DNA of 64,000 nucleotides from Candidatus Bathyarchaeota archaeon (GCA_963769425.1 CAVYLP010000002.1:134204-198203); one strand, 5' to 3'. Shown: positions 9,318-19,440, numbered from the stretch's first letter. Made by a program: numbers and translations. Notes: generated by a model from the sequence alone, not told the origin.

Positions 9318-9730
9318 CGATGACCTAATAAGGTGTGAACCCTCCGGGAGAGAAATCTGAGTTGTATAAACCCCATGAACTGTTGTTGCAGTCGCTATGT
9401 TTATCCAAGTGTCATTGACAAGGTTTATGTACGAAAATGGTCGATGAAACATCTGCACTAATCGGTCAGAATATAGTAAATTGATGGTTCACGGTCACTT
9501 AGTTTTCAGAAACTAGAACAAGTAATTGTCGTAGGTTGTTGGGCTGTAGCTGAAAAATCATCATAGAGAGTTGAAAGAACATCGGCGACCTCATTGACCG
9601 CGGGATCAATAGACGTCCACGAGCGCTGAGGTAGAACTACCCTGAGCAAGCAATAGAGCTGGCTCTCGCAGACCCGAGGATCCAACCATTAGCAAACCAA
9701 TCGGGGGTTAAGATATTCGCAGTATTCACT

Positions 9731-9931
9731 ATGCACTTTCAGATAATATTCGATAACAACGTTACCCAATCGGGAAAGAATACAGTGGATTGGGATCAAA
9801 TATACCGAGCCACGGTCTGGATTCGATACACTGACAATTCTGGTTATAGCGTCGATGTCAACATCACGGATAAGCTGGTGGGCGAGCCAGTCCATGTAGT
9901 TTGGGTAGGAAACGACGTATACCTGAGGTAG
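9731..9931 (+). CDS. Small hypothetical protein or gene remnant
   Basis: 66-aa ORF with protein-like beta-rich composition; no motif recognised. Confidence 0.35.
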   Translation: MHFQIIFDNNVTQSGKNTVDWDQIYRATVWIRYTDNSGYSVDVNITDKLVGEPVHVVWVGNDVYLR

Positions 9932-9982
9932 CTAGTAGATACCCAAAGTAAACTCTGAAGGGAGGCATTTGATCTGAGGAAC

Positions 9983-10456
9983 TTGAGGCTGGTGTTCTTC
10001 GCCGGGCTCCTCGTCTCCATGTTTGTGTTGACCGTGAAGCTGCTTCAGCCGGTGTCTATTCAGATGATGGTCAACGGGGAGAGCATCGTGTTCACTGAGC
10101 AGCCAGCTTTCTATGGTCTGGGGGACGTTGCACTCGTGGCGGCTTCAGCGTTTACGTCTGGTATCTGCCTCATGTTTCTCTTACTCGTAGAGGATACGAG
10201 AGTTACCGGAAGTGGTACGAGTATTACGTTATCCGACGCGATTGTTGGGGTCGAGGATGAGGATGAGAAGACGCTTCTCAGGGTTATTGTTGAGATGGGT
10301 GGGTCGATGTTTCAGAGTGATCTTGTTGAGCGTAGTGGTTTCTCTAAGGGTAAGGTTAGTCTTGTGCTGGACAGGCTTGAGGCGAGGGGTAGGATTCGTA
10401 GGAGAAGAAGTGGCATGACGAATATGATCAACATAATCGAGGTGAGTAATCGATGA
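9983..10456 (+). CDS. Membrane-anchored wHTH protein (COG2512/MarR-like)
   Basis: Two TM helices, then FQSDLVERSGFSKGKVSLVLDRLEARGRIRRRRSGMTN. Confidence 0.8.
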   Translation: MRLVFFAGLLVSMFVLTVKLLQPVSIQMMVNGESIVFTEQPAFYGLGDVALVAASAFTSGICLMFLLLVEDTRVTGSGTSITLSDAIVGVEDEDEKTLLRVIVEMGGSMFQSDLVERSGFSKGKVSLVLDRLEARGRIRRRRSGMTNMINIIEVSNR

Positions 10457-10686
10457 GAGTCAAAGTAGCTCTCTTATCCATTCTATCTGCCGTCGCAATT
10501 TTCATAATGTTGACAATGAACGCCCCACCCCACCTCGCTGGAGGGCAGCTTGAGAACGGGCTCGTCGCGAGGATACGATTCAGCAACGACTCCTACAACG
10601 CGATTAGCTTTGTGTCTGCTTCATACGAGTTTTATAATCCAACAAACAACCCCCACTTGCCCGTTGTCGGGCAGCTCAGTCTCTAG
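10453..10686 (+). pseudogene. Secreted or membrane-anchored protein, probably truncated
   Basis: Signal-like N-terminus, ATGA overlap with the upstream gene, early stop. Confidence 0.4.
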
Positions 10687-10958
10687 AGGAGAACTGGAGG
10701 TTATCGATGCATGTACTTGATCTTCTGTACGAGCGAGCCAGTCGAGCGCGTGTTGGGCAATGCCAGTCGTGTGCCTCCCGTAATCGTGAGGTGACTCAGC
10801 ATCGGTGCTAAATCCACCATTACCCAACGAGAAGTCCCAGTTTAACCTGCAAAGCAAGAAATGGCAAGATTGCAACAGCACAATCTGCTTAGGCGTCTTG
10901 GAGACAAGACCGATGGACAGGTTGAGCCTTTAAGCGAAATCCGCCTATCAATACAACA

Positions 10959-10999
10959 GGTTAATGTTTTTATTGGTGACTGGATAGTCTATTTGGCGC
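10959..10999 (+). promoter_or_regulatory. Putative tRNA-Glu promoter (TATA-like TTTTTATT about 30 nt upstream)
   Basis: AT-rich box at 10967-10974 at archaeal TATA spacing; duplicated at 9231-9271. Confidence 0.5.
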
Positions 11000-11078
11000 G
11001 CTCCTGTCGTCTAGTCCGGTCAAGGATATGGGCCTCTCGAGTCCGAGATCCCGGGTTCAAATCCCGGCGGGAGCACCA
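11000..11078 (+). tRNA. tRNA-Glu (CTC), intron-less, CCA encoded
   Basis: Acceptor GCTCCTG/CGGGAGC, anticodon arm TGGGC-CTCTCGA-GTCCG, T arm CCGGG-TTCAAAT-CCCGG, ACCA end. Confidence 0.95.
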
Positions 11079-11092
11079 AAATTTATAAAAAC

Positions 11093-11101
11093 GTTTTTTT
11101 T
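11093..11101 (+). terminator. Oligo-T tract downstream of tRNA-Glu
   Basis: Run of nine T about 15 nt after CCA, typical archaeal intrinsic terminator. Confidence 0.5.
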
Positions 11102-11437
11102 CACATTTACTGTTCCTTGATGTGATCCAGAGACATTGCGAATTCAATAAAAAAATTTATTTAAAAAAGATGGGTGATGTTACTAGTATCATAAACGAGT
11201 AACATCCGTCTTAAATAGAGATAAATTCGAAAAATCATACCTGAAATTAACGCAGACATCCAATTCAGAGAGAACACAAGCTACCCGAAGAACAGGTTCA
11301 TTGAAGAAAAATCATGTTACTTGTTACTAGTACCCCCTCCCCCCTCCGTATGGAGACTGACCCCTTCTATCCAACTAATCAAGCATATGATAAGAATGAA
11401 AACTCGAGAAACAATGATTATCCTGTCATATTATCGG

Positions 11438-13018
11438 TTAATGATTCTTGAACGGACGCAGAACCGCCCCCGCCCTACACCCGTTGTGTCTACAATGCTC
11501 CACCGTGACGACTCCATTCACTATGACATACTCTACACCCACCGGGTGTTGAATCGGGTCTTCGAATGTCGCTGTGTCCTCGATAACATCAGGGTCAAAG
11601 ATAGTAATGTCCGCAGCTAAGCCAGGACGGAGCAAGCCGCGGTCATTGAGGCCGTGTGTCTGAGCGGTGTAGCTTGTCATCTTCCTTATCGCCTCCTCTA
11701 ACCTGAGGACCCCATCTCTCACGTATCGACCAGCCACGCGCGGGAAACTACCGTAGGCCCTAGGGTGGGGTTTGCCGAGGACGATACCGTCCGTGCAGAC
11801 CATTCCCAGAGGACTTCTCATTATAGTCCGTACGTCCCCCTCATCCATCGTGAAGGTCGCCATCGTAGCCGAGTTCTCCTCCTCGAGGACGAGGTCGAGA
11901 ACCGTCTCCGCGGGCGTCTTACCTAGATCGGAGGCAATCTGAGAGACGTACTTCCCCTCGAAGCGCTTATTCGGTCTCGTCTGAACGTTCGTTATCAGTA
12001 TCCTGTTCCACTCGTTTGGGCTTCCTTCATCGCCTCTTGCCCCTCCTAGATATTCGGCGAGCTTCTTCCGGATTTCCTTATCCCTGAGCCGAGTGAGTAG
12101 CTTGTCTAGTCCGCCCTCGTGAGCCCAAGGGGGGAGGAGGCTACCGAGGAAGGTGCTCCCCGCCGTGTAGGGATACTGGTCGAAGGTGACATCAACACCA
12201 CTCTTTCGGGCGTCCTCAACCCTCGCTAACGCCTCTGGTGCCCTCCCCCAGTTCGCCCGCCCATTTGTCTTGAAGTGGCTTATATGGACAGCGGCGCCCG
12301 AGCTGCGTCCCACGCCCACTACCTCGTCTATCGAGTCGAAGAGCCTGTCGCCCTCGTTCCTCATGTGGACGACGAATACTCCCCGGTGGGATGAGACTAC
12401 CTTGCATAGCTCGGTCAGTTCAGACGAGTCAGCGTAGACGCACGGGGGGTAGATGAGGCCGGTGCTGAGGCCGATGCCGCCCTCGCTAAGGGATTTGTCT
12501 AGGAGCGTCATCATCTCGGTGAGTTCGGCGGGTGTCGGTTTCCGGTCATCCATCCCCATGATTGCTAGGCGGAGGTTGCCGTGGCCGACTAGTGAGGCGA
12601 CGTTGACTGAGGGCCTCGCGGCCTCAAGCCGGACGAGGTAGTCGCCGAGGCTCCTCCACTCCCATCCTATGTCGGGGTTCCCGTTGAGCCCGGAGAGGTA
12701 CCTGCGCCACATGTCGACGGTCCCGTCGGTGAGTGGGGCCTCTCCTAGGCCGTCCTGGCCGACGACCTCGGTGGTTATCCCCTGCATTATCTTGATCCGG
12801 GCCTCCGGCTCGGAGATTAGGACGAGGTCACCGTGGCTGTGGGCATCTATGAAGCCAGGGGAGACAACAAGGCCAGAGGCGTCTATCGTCTCCAGCGCCT
12901 CGTCCTCGCACCTCCCCACAGCGCTGATCCTGCCCTTGGTCACGGCGACGTCCCCGTTGTACCACGGGTTGCCGGCGCCGTCCACTATCCTTCCGCCCTT
13001 GATTTTGAGGTCGTACAT
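11438..13018 (-). CDS. N-acyl-D-amino-acid deacylase (D-aminoacylase)
   Basis: VSPGFIDAHSHGD, QGITTEVVGQDG, GLSTGLIYPP, HMRNEG, HISHFK, DQYPY, HPRAYGSFPR. Confidence 0.9.
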   Translation of the reverse strand: MYDLKIKGGRIVDGAGNPWYNGDVAVTKGRISAVGRCEDEALETIDASGLVVSPGFIDAHSHGDLVLISEPEARIKIMQGITTEVVGQDGLGEAPLTDGTVDMWRRYLSGLNGNPDIGWEWRSLGDYLVRLEAARPSVNVASLVGHGNLRLAIMGMDDRKPTPAELTEMMTLLDKSLSEGGIGLSTGLIYPPCVYADSSELTELCKVVSSHRGVFVVHMRNEGDRLFDSIDEVVGVGRSSGAAVHISHFKTNGRANWGRAPEALARVEDARKSGVDVTFDQYPYTAGSTFLGSLLPPWAHEGGLDKLLTRLRDKEIRKKLAEYLGGARGDEGSPNEWNRILITNVQTRPNKRFEGKYVSQIASDLGKTPAETVLDLVLEEENSATMATFTMDEGDVRTIMRSPLGMVCTDGIVLGKPHPRAYGSFPRVAGRYVRDGVLRLEEAIRKMTSYTAQTHGLNDRGLLRPGLAADITIFDPDVIEDTATFEDPIQHPVGVEYVIVNGVVTVEHCRHNGCRAGAVLRPFKNH

Positions 13019-13113
13019 CTGGCTACTCTTCAGGCCCCGCGTTTAAACGATTTTGGGGGTTGCTGACCTAGTTCTAATTGCTTTGGGTTTAGCGGGTCTC
13101 CTCCCCGTTTCAC

Positions 13114-13629
13114 CTAACTTCTTCTAGGTTTCCTCTTCAGCTCCGTCCCACAGATAGGGCAGACGTTGTCCTCCTGCGGGGAGTCAAAGTTCTTCCTGCA
13201 CCCGGGGCAGTAGATGCCCCAGTTGAGCACCTTCTTTATCCCCTTCGTAGCCTGGGAGACGAAGCGGAACCCGAGCCGAGCCGCCATGTTCTGTACCGAG
13301 TAATCGTCGGAAACGATAGTGGGCTCCTTCCCCTCGGACTTGAGCCGGAGGCCGAGTGAGAGGAGTTGCTTATCCGTGGGGGACAACTTATGGGCCTCTC
13401 CAGCGGACCTCGCCCTCGCCTCGAGCTCGTCAGACCACCTCTTCTCGGGGGTTACTTCCTGCAGCTTCCCCGAGGACCTCGCGCCTTCGTACCTCATCTT
13501 CCCCAGGTCCTCCCTGATCTCCTCAAGTACCTCAGGGACCGTATAGTACTCCTCGTCGGTTGAGAGATTGTACCCCTGGATGAAGGCAGACGTGTCCAAA
13601 ATAACGTGTCTCAGGCGGGGTCCCCTCAC
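13114..13629 (-). CDS. nob1: Nob1-like PIN endonuclease with Zn ribbon (rRNA maturation)
   Basis: VILDTSAFI, LSPTDKQLL, SDDYSVQN, CPGC...CPICG. Confidence 0.88.
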   Translation of the reverse strand: MRGPRLRHVILDTSAFIQGYNLSTDEEYYTVPEVLEEIREDLGKMRYEGARSSGKLQEVTPEKRWSDELEARARSAGEAHKLSPTDKQLLSLGLRLKSEGKEPTIVSDDYSVQNMAARLGFRFVSQATKGIKKVLNWGIYCPGCRKNFDSPQEDNVCPICGTELKRKPRRS

Positions 13630-14462
13630 TGCGCCTGTATGTGAGTAAGCCGGCTCCTGAGCCTCTCGTAGAAGGGCTTGAACCTTATGAAGCGAGTTTT
13701 ATTGGAGGAGACCTCGATCTCGACCGTTGAGAGGGGCTTCAACCCGGTGTAGACCTTCCCGTCGACGATGGCGAGAGCGTCCGCCTTGGGCTTCCGCAGC
13801 TCGATCGTGACCTTGGAGCCCAGTGGGAGGGTTATGCTTCTGAAATAGCTGTAGGGGTTGACGGCGGTGAGTATCATCGCATCAACTCCAGGGGCGAGTA
13901 TCGAACCGCCGGCTGAGAGGTTGTAGGCGGTAGACCCGGTTGGCGTCGAGACGATGATTCCGTCCGCCTGAATCTCGGTGAGCGGCTCCTCATCGACGAG
14001 TAACCTGCAGAGGATCATCTTCGAGGGTAGACTGGATGAAACGAGTACCTCGTTGAGGGAATCGGGGAAGTCCTCATCCATTTCGAGACATCGGCTCCGC
14101 AGCTTAACGCAGGTCTCAAGATCGTACTTACCCTCAGCAACCCTGTCGATCGCCGACTCAATCTCATCCTTGAATACCTCGCAGAGGAAGCCCCTCCTGC
14201 CCATGTTCACGCCGAGGAGGGGCGTGTCTGGGACCTTGAGCCCCATCGCGACGCGAAGGATTGTTCCGTCGCCTCCCACGGCGACGACGAAGTCCGCCTC
14301 CATGTCGGTGAGGTCGACGGTCTCGTTCTTCATCTCAAGCGCCATGGCGGTCTCCGTCTCGACGAGAACCTCAGCGCCCCGGGACTCGAGAAGCTCAATG
14401 ACCCTCCGGGTCACGGGGAACGCGGCATCCGTGTCCGTCCTAGAGACGACGCCAACCCTCAT
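13626..14462 (-). CDS. nadK: NAD(+) kinase
   Basis: GGDGTIL, GVNMGRRGFL, LNE, ADGIIVSTPTGSTAYNLSAGG. Confidence 0.92.
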   Translation of the reverse strand: MRVGVVSRTDTDAAFPVTRRVIELLESRGAEVLVETETAMALEMKNETVDLTDMEADFVVAVGGDGTILRVAMGLKVPDTPLLGVNMGRRGFLCEVFKDEIESAIDRVAEGKYDLETCVKLRSRCLEMDEDFPDSLNEVLVSSSLPSKMILCRLLVDEEPLTEIQADGIIVSTPTGSTAYNLSAGGSILAPGVDAMILTAVNPYSYFRSITLPLGSKVTIELRKPKADALAIVDGKVYTGLKPLSTVEIEVSSNKTRFIRFKPFYERLRSRLTHIQAQ

Positions 14463-14530
14463 GGCTCTTCAACTGAGAAGAGCCTCGGCGGTGATTTAAA
14501 GACCCACCGGGGAAAAGTCGCAGAAAGGGT

Positions 14531-15691
14531 TTAGACGATGATGCCTGCGGCGCGTAACTCCGCGAGCTTCTCGTCGTTGTAGCCTAGGAGGCCCTTGAGT
14601 ACCTCGTCGTTGTGCTCGCCGAGGATAGGGGCTGGCGCATTGATGACGGCGGGTGTCTTGCTGTACTTGACGGGGTGCTGCGGGACCTTGAATTTACCAG
14701 CGAGCTTGTGGTCGAGCTGGACGACGGTGTTCCTCGCCTTGACCTGTGGGTCCTCGAACATGTCGGGGATGTGGTGGATGGGTGCGCATGGTACAGCGTT
14801 AGCGGCGAGTATCGTTATCGCGTCCGCCGCGGTCTGTCCGTCAAGCCACTTCTTGAAGACGTCACTCCCCTCCTCGATCTCCTCGACTCCTATGGCCTTC
14901 ATGACCCTACCGTCCATGTTCTGATCGGCAGCGACGTAGATGTACTTCCCGTCCTTAGCCTGGAAGACGCCCCACGCACCGATGCCCTTGCGCTCCTGCC
15001 TCGTGACCCAGGGGAGTTTGCCGCTGAGGCTGTAGCTCGCGATGTCGACCCCACACTGGGCGATCATGCAGTCGAGCTGCGATACGTCGATGAGCTGGCC
15101 TTCGCCCGTCCTGTCGCGGTGCCTGAGTGCGCCGAGGATAGCGATGGTGGCGTAGAGGCCAGGGTCGAGGTCGCCATGGTATTCAGCGGGTACCACCGGT
15201 GGGCCATTGGGATCGATGTTGTCGCCTGAGAGGCGTAGCCAGCTGCTCTCGCTCTCGGCGATCGGCGCGAAGCTGGTGCGGTCCCTGAAGGGGCCGTCAA
15301 GGCCGAATCCGCTTAGACTAGCGTAGATTATATCTGGCTTCACGGCCTTGACCTGCTCGTAGCTGAGGCCGAGCTTGTCCATCGTGCCACGCTTGAAGTT
15401 CTCGACTATCACGTCGCTCTTCTTAGCCAGCTCCTTCACGATCTCAAGGGCCTTGGGGTCCTTGAGGTTGAAGGCGAGTCCCTTCTTGTTCCTGTTGAGG
15501 TAGTGAAAGCTGGCGCTGGCGCCTCCGAAGAGGTTTGTGCCGAGCCTATTGATCTCACCCCACGGGGGCTCAACCTTGAGGACCTCAGCGCCCATGTCCG
15601 CCATGATCATGGTCGCGTAGGGGCCGAAGAAGACGTGGCCGAAGTCTAGGACGCGTACGCCGTCGAGCATACCCTTACCCATAACGTTCAC
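14531..15691 (-). CDS. CoA-transferase family III (CaiB/BaiF)
   Basis: LDGVRVLDF, ADMGAEVLKVEPP, NRNKK, DVIVENF, SLSGFGLDGP, APILGEHN. Confidence 0.92.
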   Translation of the reverse strand: MNVMGKGMLDGVRVLDFGHVFFGPYATMIMADMGAEVLKVEPPWGEINRLGTNLFGGASASFHYLNRNKKGLAFNLKDPKALEIVKELAKKSDVIVENFKRGTMDKLGLSYEQVKAVKPDIIYASLSGFGLDGPFRDRTSFAPIAESESSWLRLSGDNIDPNGPPVVPAEYHGDLDPGLYATIAILGALRHRDRTGEGQLIDVSQLDCMIAQCGVDIASYSLSGKLPWVTRQERKGIGAWGVFQAKDGKYIYVAADQNMDGRVMKAIGVEEIEEGSDVFKKWLDGQTAADAITILAANAVPCAPIHHIPDMFEDPQVKARNTVVQLDHKLAGKFKVPQHPVKYSKTPAVINAPAPILGEHNDEVLKGLLGYNDEKLAELRAAGIIV

Positions 15692-15768
15692 CGAATCCTG
15701 TGAAAGAGACGGGCGGGGCGGATAAAGTTTATGCGGTCCACGCCCATGACACGTATGCGAGTTATAGC

Positions 15769-15959
15769 TTAGCGGGAGGCCTCCTGGGTCGGCTCAGGGG
15801 CTACTTCAAGGGGTACCTTGAGAGTTTCGAGAGGGGTGGAAGTAGTACGGTGTCTTGTGGGTGGTCTTCACTAGCGTCATGCTGTTCGCGTTGCTTGTCT
15901 TAGGAACATTCGCCCTCGGCCTCTACTTCTTCATCTTCCCCAGCTTTAGCAGCGTCTAG
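15769..15959 (+). pseudogene. Possible small single-TM protein with a disrupted frame
   Basis: LAGGLLGRLRGYFKGYLESFERG in one frame, hydrophobic YGVLWVVFTSVMLFALLVLGTFALGLYFFIF in another. Confidence 0.25.
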
Positions 15960-16441
15960 GGCTTCGAATCCCAGATCTTGTCTCCGACGTAGTGGAGGTT
16001 GTGTATCACCTTGCCCTTCTTCTCGGCCAAGATGGCGGCCGAAGGCTTCAACGCCTTACCGATAGCCAACGCTTTTCCGTGCTTCACGTCACGAACAACA
16101 ACCAGGGTACCCTCCTCGAATGGGGTCTTGATCTCGGTTATGCCCGGAGCCATCACATCCGCGCCCTTGCAGACAAATGGTATCGCACCCATGTCGACGA
16201 TCACGGCGGGTAGTGAGTCAATGCACTTGCACCTCAGCGTCGGGTAGAGGCTCCCCTCAAACCTGAACAACAAAATCTCGTCGTCTAAGACGTAGACCTT
16301 GGTGCCGTCCTCGGTCTCCGCCTCCTCAACCAAATTGAATGATTGGCCCTTCAGGTAGCTCGCAGCGCCCTCAAGGACGCTCCTGGCGTCCTGCCTTCTG
16401 AGGGCCCGCCTCTTCTTGACCCTTGGAGCTGATTCGCTCAT
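15956..16441 (-). CDS. PUA-domain RNA-binding protein (DUF1947+PUA, MCT-1/Tma20-like)
   Basis: YPTL, VDMGAIPFVCKGADVMAPGI, HGKALAIG, NLHYVGDKIW. Confidence 0.9.
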   Translation of the reverse strand: MSESAPRVKKRRALRRQDARSVLEGAASYLKGQSFNLVEEAETEDGTKVYVLDDEILLFRFEGSLYPTLRCKCIDSLPAVIVDMGAIPFVCKGADVMAPGITEIKTPFEEGTLVVVRDVKHGKALAIGKALKPSAAILAEKKGKVIHNLHYVGDKIWDSKP

Positions 16442-16595
16442 CGGGACAAGTTACGTCGCCGAGGTTAAGAAGCCTACGCGGCTGATGATTGTTGAAAACA
16501 TTCGATTCGCCCCTTCGAGGTTGAGGGACACCTTTTTACAAAGCCGTCTCTATATCATGTTTAACAAAGCGTGCAAGAACCTGAGGTAAACTAAA

Positions 16596-16838
16596 ATGAA
16601 TGATCAAAAAACATTTAAAATGAAGCTGTACACGACGAAACCCGAAGGCGTAACGGTTTTCAATAAAGATAATGCGCCGACGCCGAGGAACCTTGAGCCA
16701 TTCGTGACCGGCGAAGGCCCGTACGTGTATCTGTGTGGTAAATGTGACCACGTCCTTTTGAGAAACGTCCGCCAGAGTCAGGTGACTAAGGCGCTCTACA
16801 AGTGCCCCAAATGCGGGGCCTATAACCAGATCGAGTAA
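16596..16838 (+). CDS. Small Zn-finger protein
   Basis: CGKC ... CPKCG pair in 80 aa. Confidence 0.65.
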   Translation: MNDQKTFKMKLYTTKPEGVTVFNKDNAPTPRNLEPFVTGEGPYVYLCGKCDHVLLRNVRQSQVTKALYKCPKCGAYNQIE

Positions 16839-16875
16839 AACCTATACGCGAAAAGTTATGGGAATTTTTCCTCAC

Positions 16876-18801
16876 TTAAGCGACGGTGTAGGTGTCGAGG
16901 TTCTCGGGCGCTATCCCGTATATTCCCCTCTGCTTGGCGACGACGCGCGCGAGGTTCTCGCACTTCGACTCCTCGCCGTGTATGACGAAGACGCGCTTCG
17001 GTTGCGGGTGGAGGCGGCGAACATAGTTTACGAGCTGGCGCCAGTCACTGTGGCCGCTGAAGCCCTCGATCGTGTAGTTCTTCATCGCGACGTTTATGAT
17101 CTCCATCTTGCCGTTCTGCCCGTACATCTGCGCCGAGCCCATCCCAGACTGTATGCGCTGACCCATCGTGCCAGCCACCTGGTAGCTGACGAAGCAGAGG
17201 GCGTTGTTCTCGTCGGGGGCGAGGCGCTTGAAGTAGTCGATGACGGGTCCGCCCTCCATCATGCCCGCCGTGGCCATGATGATCGCCGGGCCGCCGTTCA
17301 CTATCTCGTCCCTCTTATCCTGCTGCTTGACGACGGTGAAGTAGTCGCTCTCGAATGGGTTGATGCCGTCGCGCAGTATCTGGTCCCTTATGTCGTTACT
17401 CAGGTACTGGGGATAGGCGGTGTGGATGCCGGTGACCTCGCTGATCATGCCCTCGATGTAGACGGGGGCCTCCGTCATCTTCCCCTCCTTCATGTACTTG
17501 TTGATGACCATCATGATCTCCTGAGCGCGCCCGACGGCGGGCACTGGGATCAGAAGCTTCCCCTTCGTGAGGGTCTTGTTGGCGATCTCGACGAAGTTCG
17601 CCTCCGTCTCCTCGCGGTCCGGCGTCACGTTATCGATGCCGCCGTAGGTGCTCTCCATGATGAGTGTCTCAACCCGTGGGAACTGGATGGACGCCGGCTG
17701 CAGTAGCTGCGTAGGGCCGTACTTGAAGTCGCCCGTGTAGACGACGTTATGAAGCCCCTTGCCGATGTGCAGGTGCGCCTGGGCGGAGCCGAGTATGTGC
17801 CCCGCATTGTGGAGCGTGAGCCTGACATCCGGGCTTATGTCCGTCACCTCCCCGTATCCGAGGGGGATGGTCCTCATGATAACCTCCCGTACCTCCTCGT
17901 TACTGTAGGGGAGGAATCGCCCCTCCTTGCTCGTAACGTCGAGGTAGTCACTCTGTAGGAGCACCATGAGGCTGGCTGTTGGCTCCGAGCAGTAGATGGG
18001 GCCCTCGTACCCGTACTTGTAGAGGTAAGGTAGGAACCCGCAGTGGTCGAGGTGGGCATGTGTGATGACCACGGCGTCGAGCTTGGTAATGTCGAACTCC
18101 TCGGTGTCGATCCTCGGGTAGGCCCCGATGGGGTTTGAAGTGCCCGGGTTTATACCGCAGTCCATGAGGATGCGGCTCTCCCTCGTCCTGATGAGGACAG
18201 CGGACCTACCCACCTGCCGGGCTGCGCCGAGGAAGGTGACCCTCACATCCCCCGACTGCTGGTACATGGGGCGGAAGATGGCCTCACCCGTCTCGCGGAG
18301 GAAGCGCTCGCGCTCCTTGCTCTTGCCGTAGAGGTATCCGCGCACCATCTTGATGGTCATGCTGGGGATCGGCGGTGAACGGACCACATTGGGGCTCCAC
18401 CGTGTCCGCTTCACTATCTCGAGGAGGTTCTGCCCGTTCTTCCCTATGGCGACCCCTGGCTTCTCCACCTCGAGCGTGACCTCGCCGAGGCTCGGGTCGA
18501 AGTTGCTCTGGACGAGCCCAGCCTCCGCGAGTATCTCCTTCACGATCCTCTCCGCTTCAAGCTCGTTGGCGCGGACGGAGGGGTCACTTCGAATGACAAT
18601 TCGCTTCTTTATGATGCCAGCTATCTCACCGACTATGTGGCTCTGCTCGACTAGTGTCTCGGGCTTCTGAGTGTAAATGGCAAGTCTCGGACCCTCGAAC
18701 TCAATCCTTGTTATACCGACGTCGGCGGGGATCTTCTCGAGGATCGTCTTCCTGATCTCTTCGTAGCTCAGTCCTTGGGGCTTCTGCATCCATGCATCCA
18801 A
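16876..18801 (-). CDS. fttA: aCPSF1/FttA KH-domain beta-CASP ribonuclease (transcription termination factor)
   Basis: IEFEGP KH domains, QVGRS, THAHLDHCG, AGHILGS, YTGDFK, MESTYG, GFSGHSD, HGE; adjacent to psmB. Confidence 0.95.
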   Translation of the reverse strand: MDAWMQKPQGLSYEEIRKTILEKIPADVGITRIEFEGPRLAIYTQKPETLVEQSHIVGEIAGIIKKRIVIRSDPSVRANELEAERIVKEILAEAGLVQSNFDPSLGEVTLEVEKPGVAIGKNGQNLLEIVKRTRWSPNVVRSPPIPSMTIKMVRGYLYGKSKERERFLRETGEAIFRPMYQQSGDVRVTFLGAARQVGRSAVLIRTRESRILMDCGINPGTSNPIGAYPRIDTEEFDITKLDAVVITHAHLDHCGFLPYLYKYGYEGPIYCSEPTASLMVLLQSDYLDVTSKEGRFLPYSNEEVREVIMRTIPLGYGEVTDISPDVRLTLHNAGHILGSAQAHLHIGKGLHNVVYTGDFKYGPTQLLQPASIQFPRVETLIMESTYGGIDNVTPDREETEANFVEIANKTLTKGKLLIPVPAVGRAQEIMMVINKYMKEGKMTEAPVYIEGMISEVTGIHTAYPQYLSNDIRDQILRDGINPFESDYFTVVKQQDKRDEIVNGGPAIIMATAGMMEGGPVIDYFKRLAPDENNALCFVSYQVAGTMGQRIQSGMGSAQMYGQNGKMEIINVAMKNYTIEGFSGHSDWRQLVNYVRRLHPQPKRVFVIHGEESKCENLARVVAKQRGIYGIAPENLDTYTVA

Positions 18802-19440
18802 CTATGCCTTCAATAACGCTTCCTTCTCGGAGGGGGTGAGCTCACGATATCCCTTCTTGTCAATGACAGCGACGTCAAAGCTGTCCCCGCTGTATGTGTC
18901 CCTCTTCATAGCGGAGTCGATAGCCCTTACAACGACTGGGAGCATCTCCTTCACGGGTTTCTCCTCCTTATACATGGCCTCGAGTACACCATAGGCGAAG
19001 GGGCTGCCGGAGCCGGTGGAGATCATCTTGTCCTCGAGGAGGCTGCCGAAGGGGTCGAGGTTGAATATGTGTGGGCCGGTCTCGTCGAATCCGCCGACGA
19101 TTGCCTGCATGGGGAGAGGTGCGCCTGCCTCGCGGTTCTGGAAGAGGATGCCGGAGACGAGGGTAGCCGCCGACTTCACGGGCATTCTGCGGCCCTTCTC
19201 CAGCTCGTAGAGCCTGGTGTTGACCTTGAGTATCTCGACAACCCTCTGCGCTACAGCGACACCACCGGCGATGGTCATCGCGAGGTTATCGGTTATCTGG
19301 TAAACCTTCTTCGCGTGCTTGCTCGCGACGTAGTTACCAGCGGTGGCCCTGGTGTCAGTGCCTAGTATGACGCCGTCCTTGCAGACGACGCCAACCGTCG
19401 TTGTCCCTTTAAACGCCTCGACTTCTTTAGCCATTTTCAT
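18802..19440 (-). CDS. psmB: Proteasome subunit beta
   Basis: Short propeptide then KG/TTTVG, DTRAT, TIAG, STGSGSPFAYG, RDTYSG. Confidence 0.95.
   Translation of the reverse strand: MKMAKEVEAFKGTTTVGVVCKDGVILGTDTRATAGNYVASKHAKKVYQITDNLAMTIAGGVAVAQRVVEILKVNTRLYELEKGRRMPVKSAATLVSGILFQNREAGAPLPMQAIVGGFDETGPHIFNLDPFGSLLEDKMISTGSGSPFAYGVLEAMYKEEKPVKEMLPVVVRAIDSAMKRDTYSGDSFDVAVIDKKGYRELTPSEKEALLKA

Noticed and set aside
10861-11088. ORF reading through tRNA-Glu as a possible split SSV-type integrase fragment
   Set aside because: No tyrosine-recombinase motifs here or downstream of the left repeat
16858-17706. 282-aa plus-strand ORF and similar long antisense ORFs (14612-15229, 24088-24636, 13978-14499)
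   Set aside because: Shadow frames opposite well-conserved GC-rich genes, with no motifs
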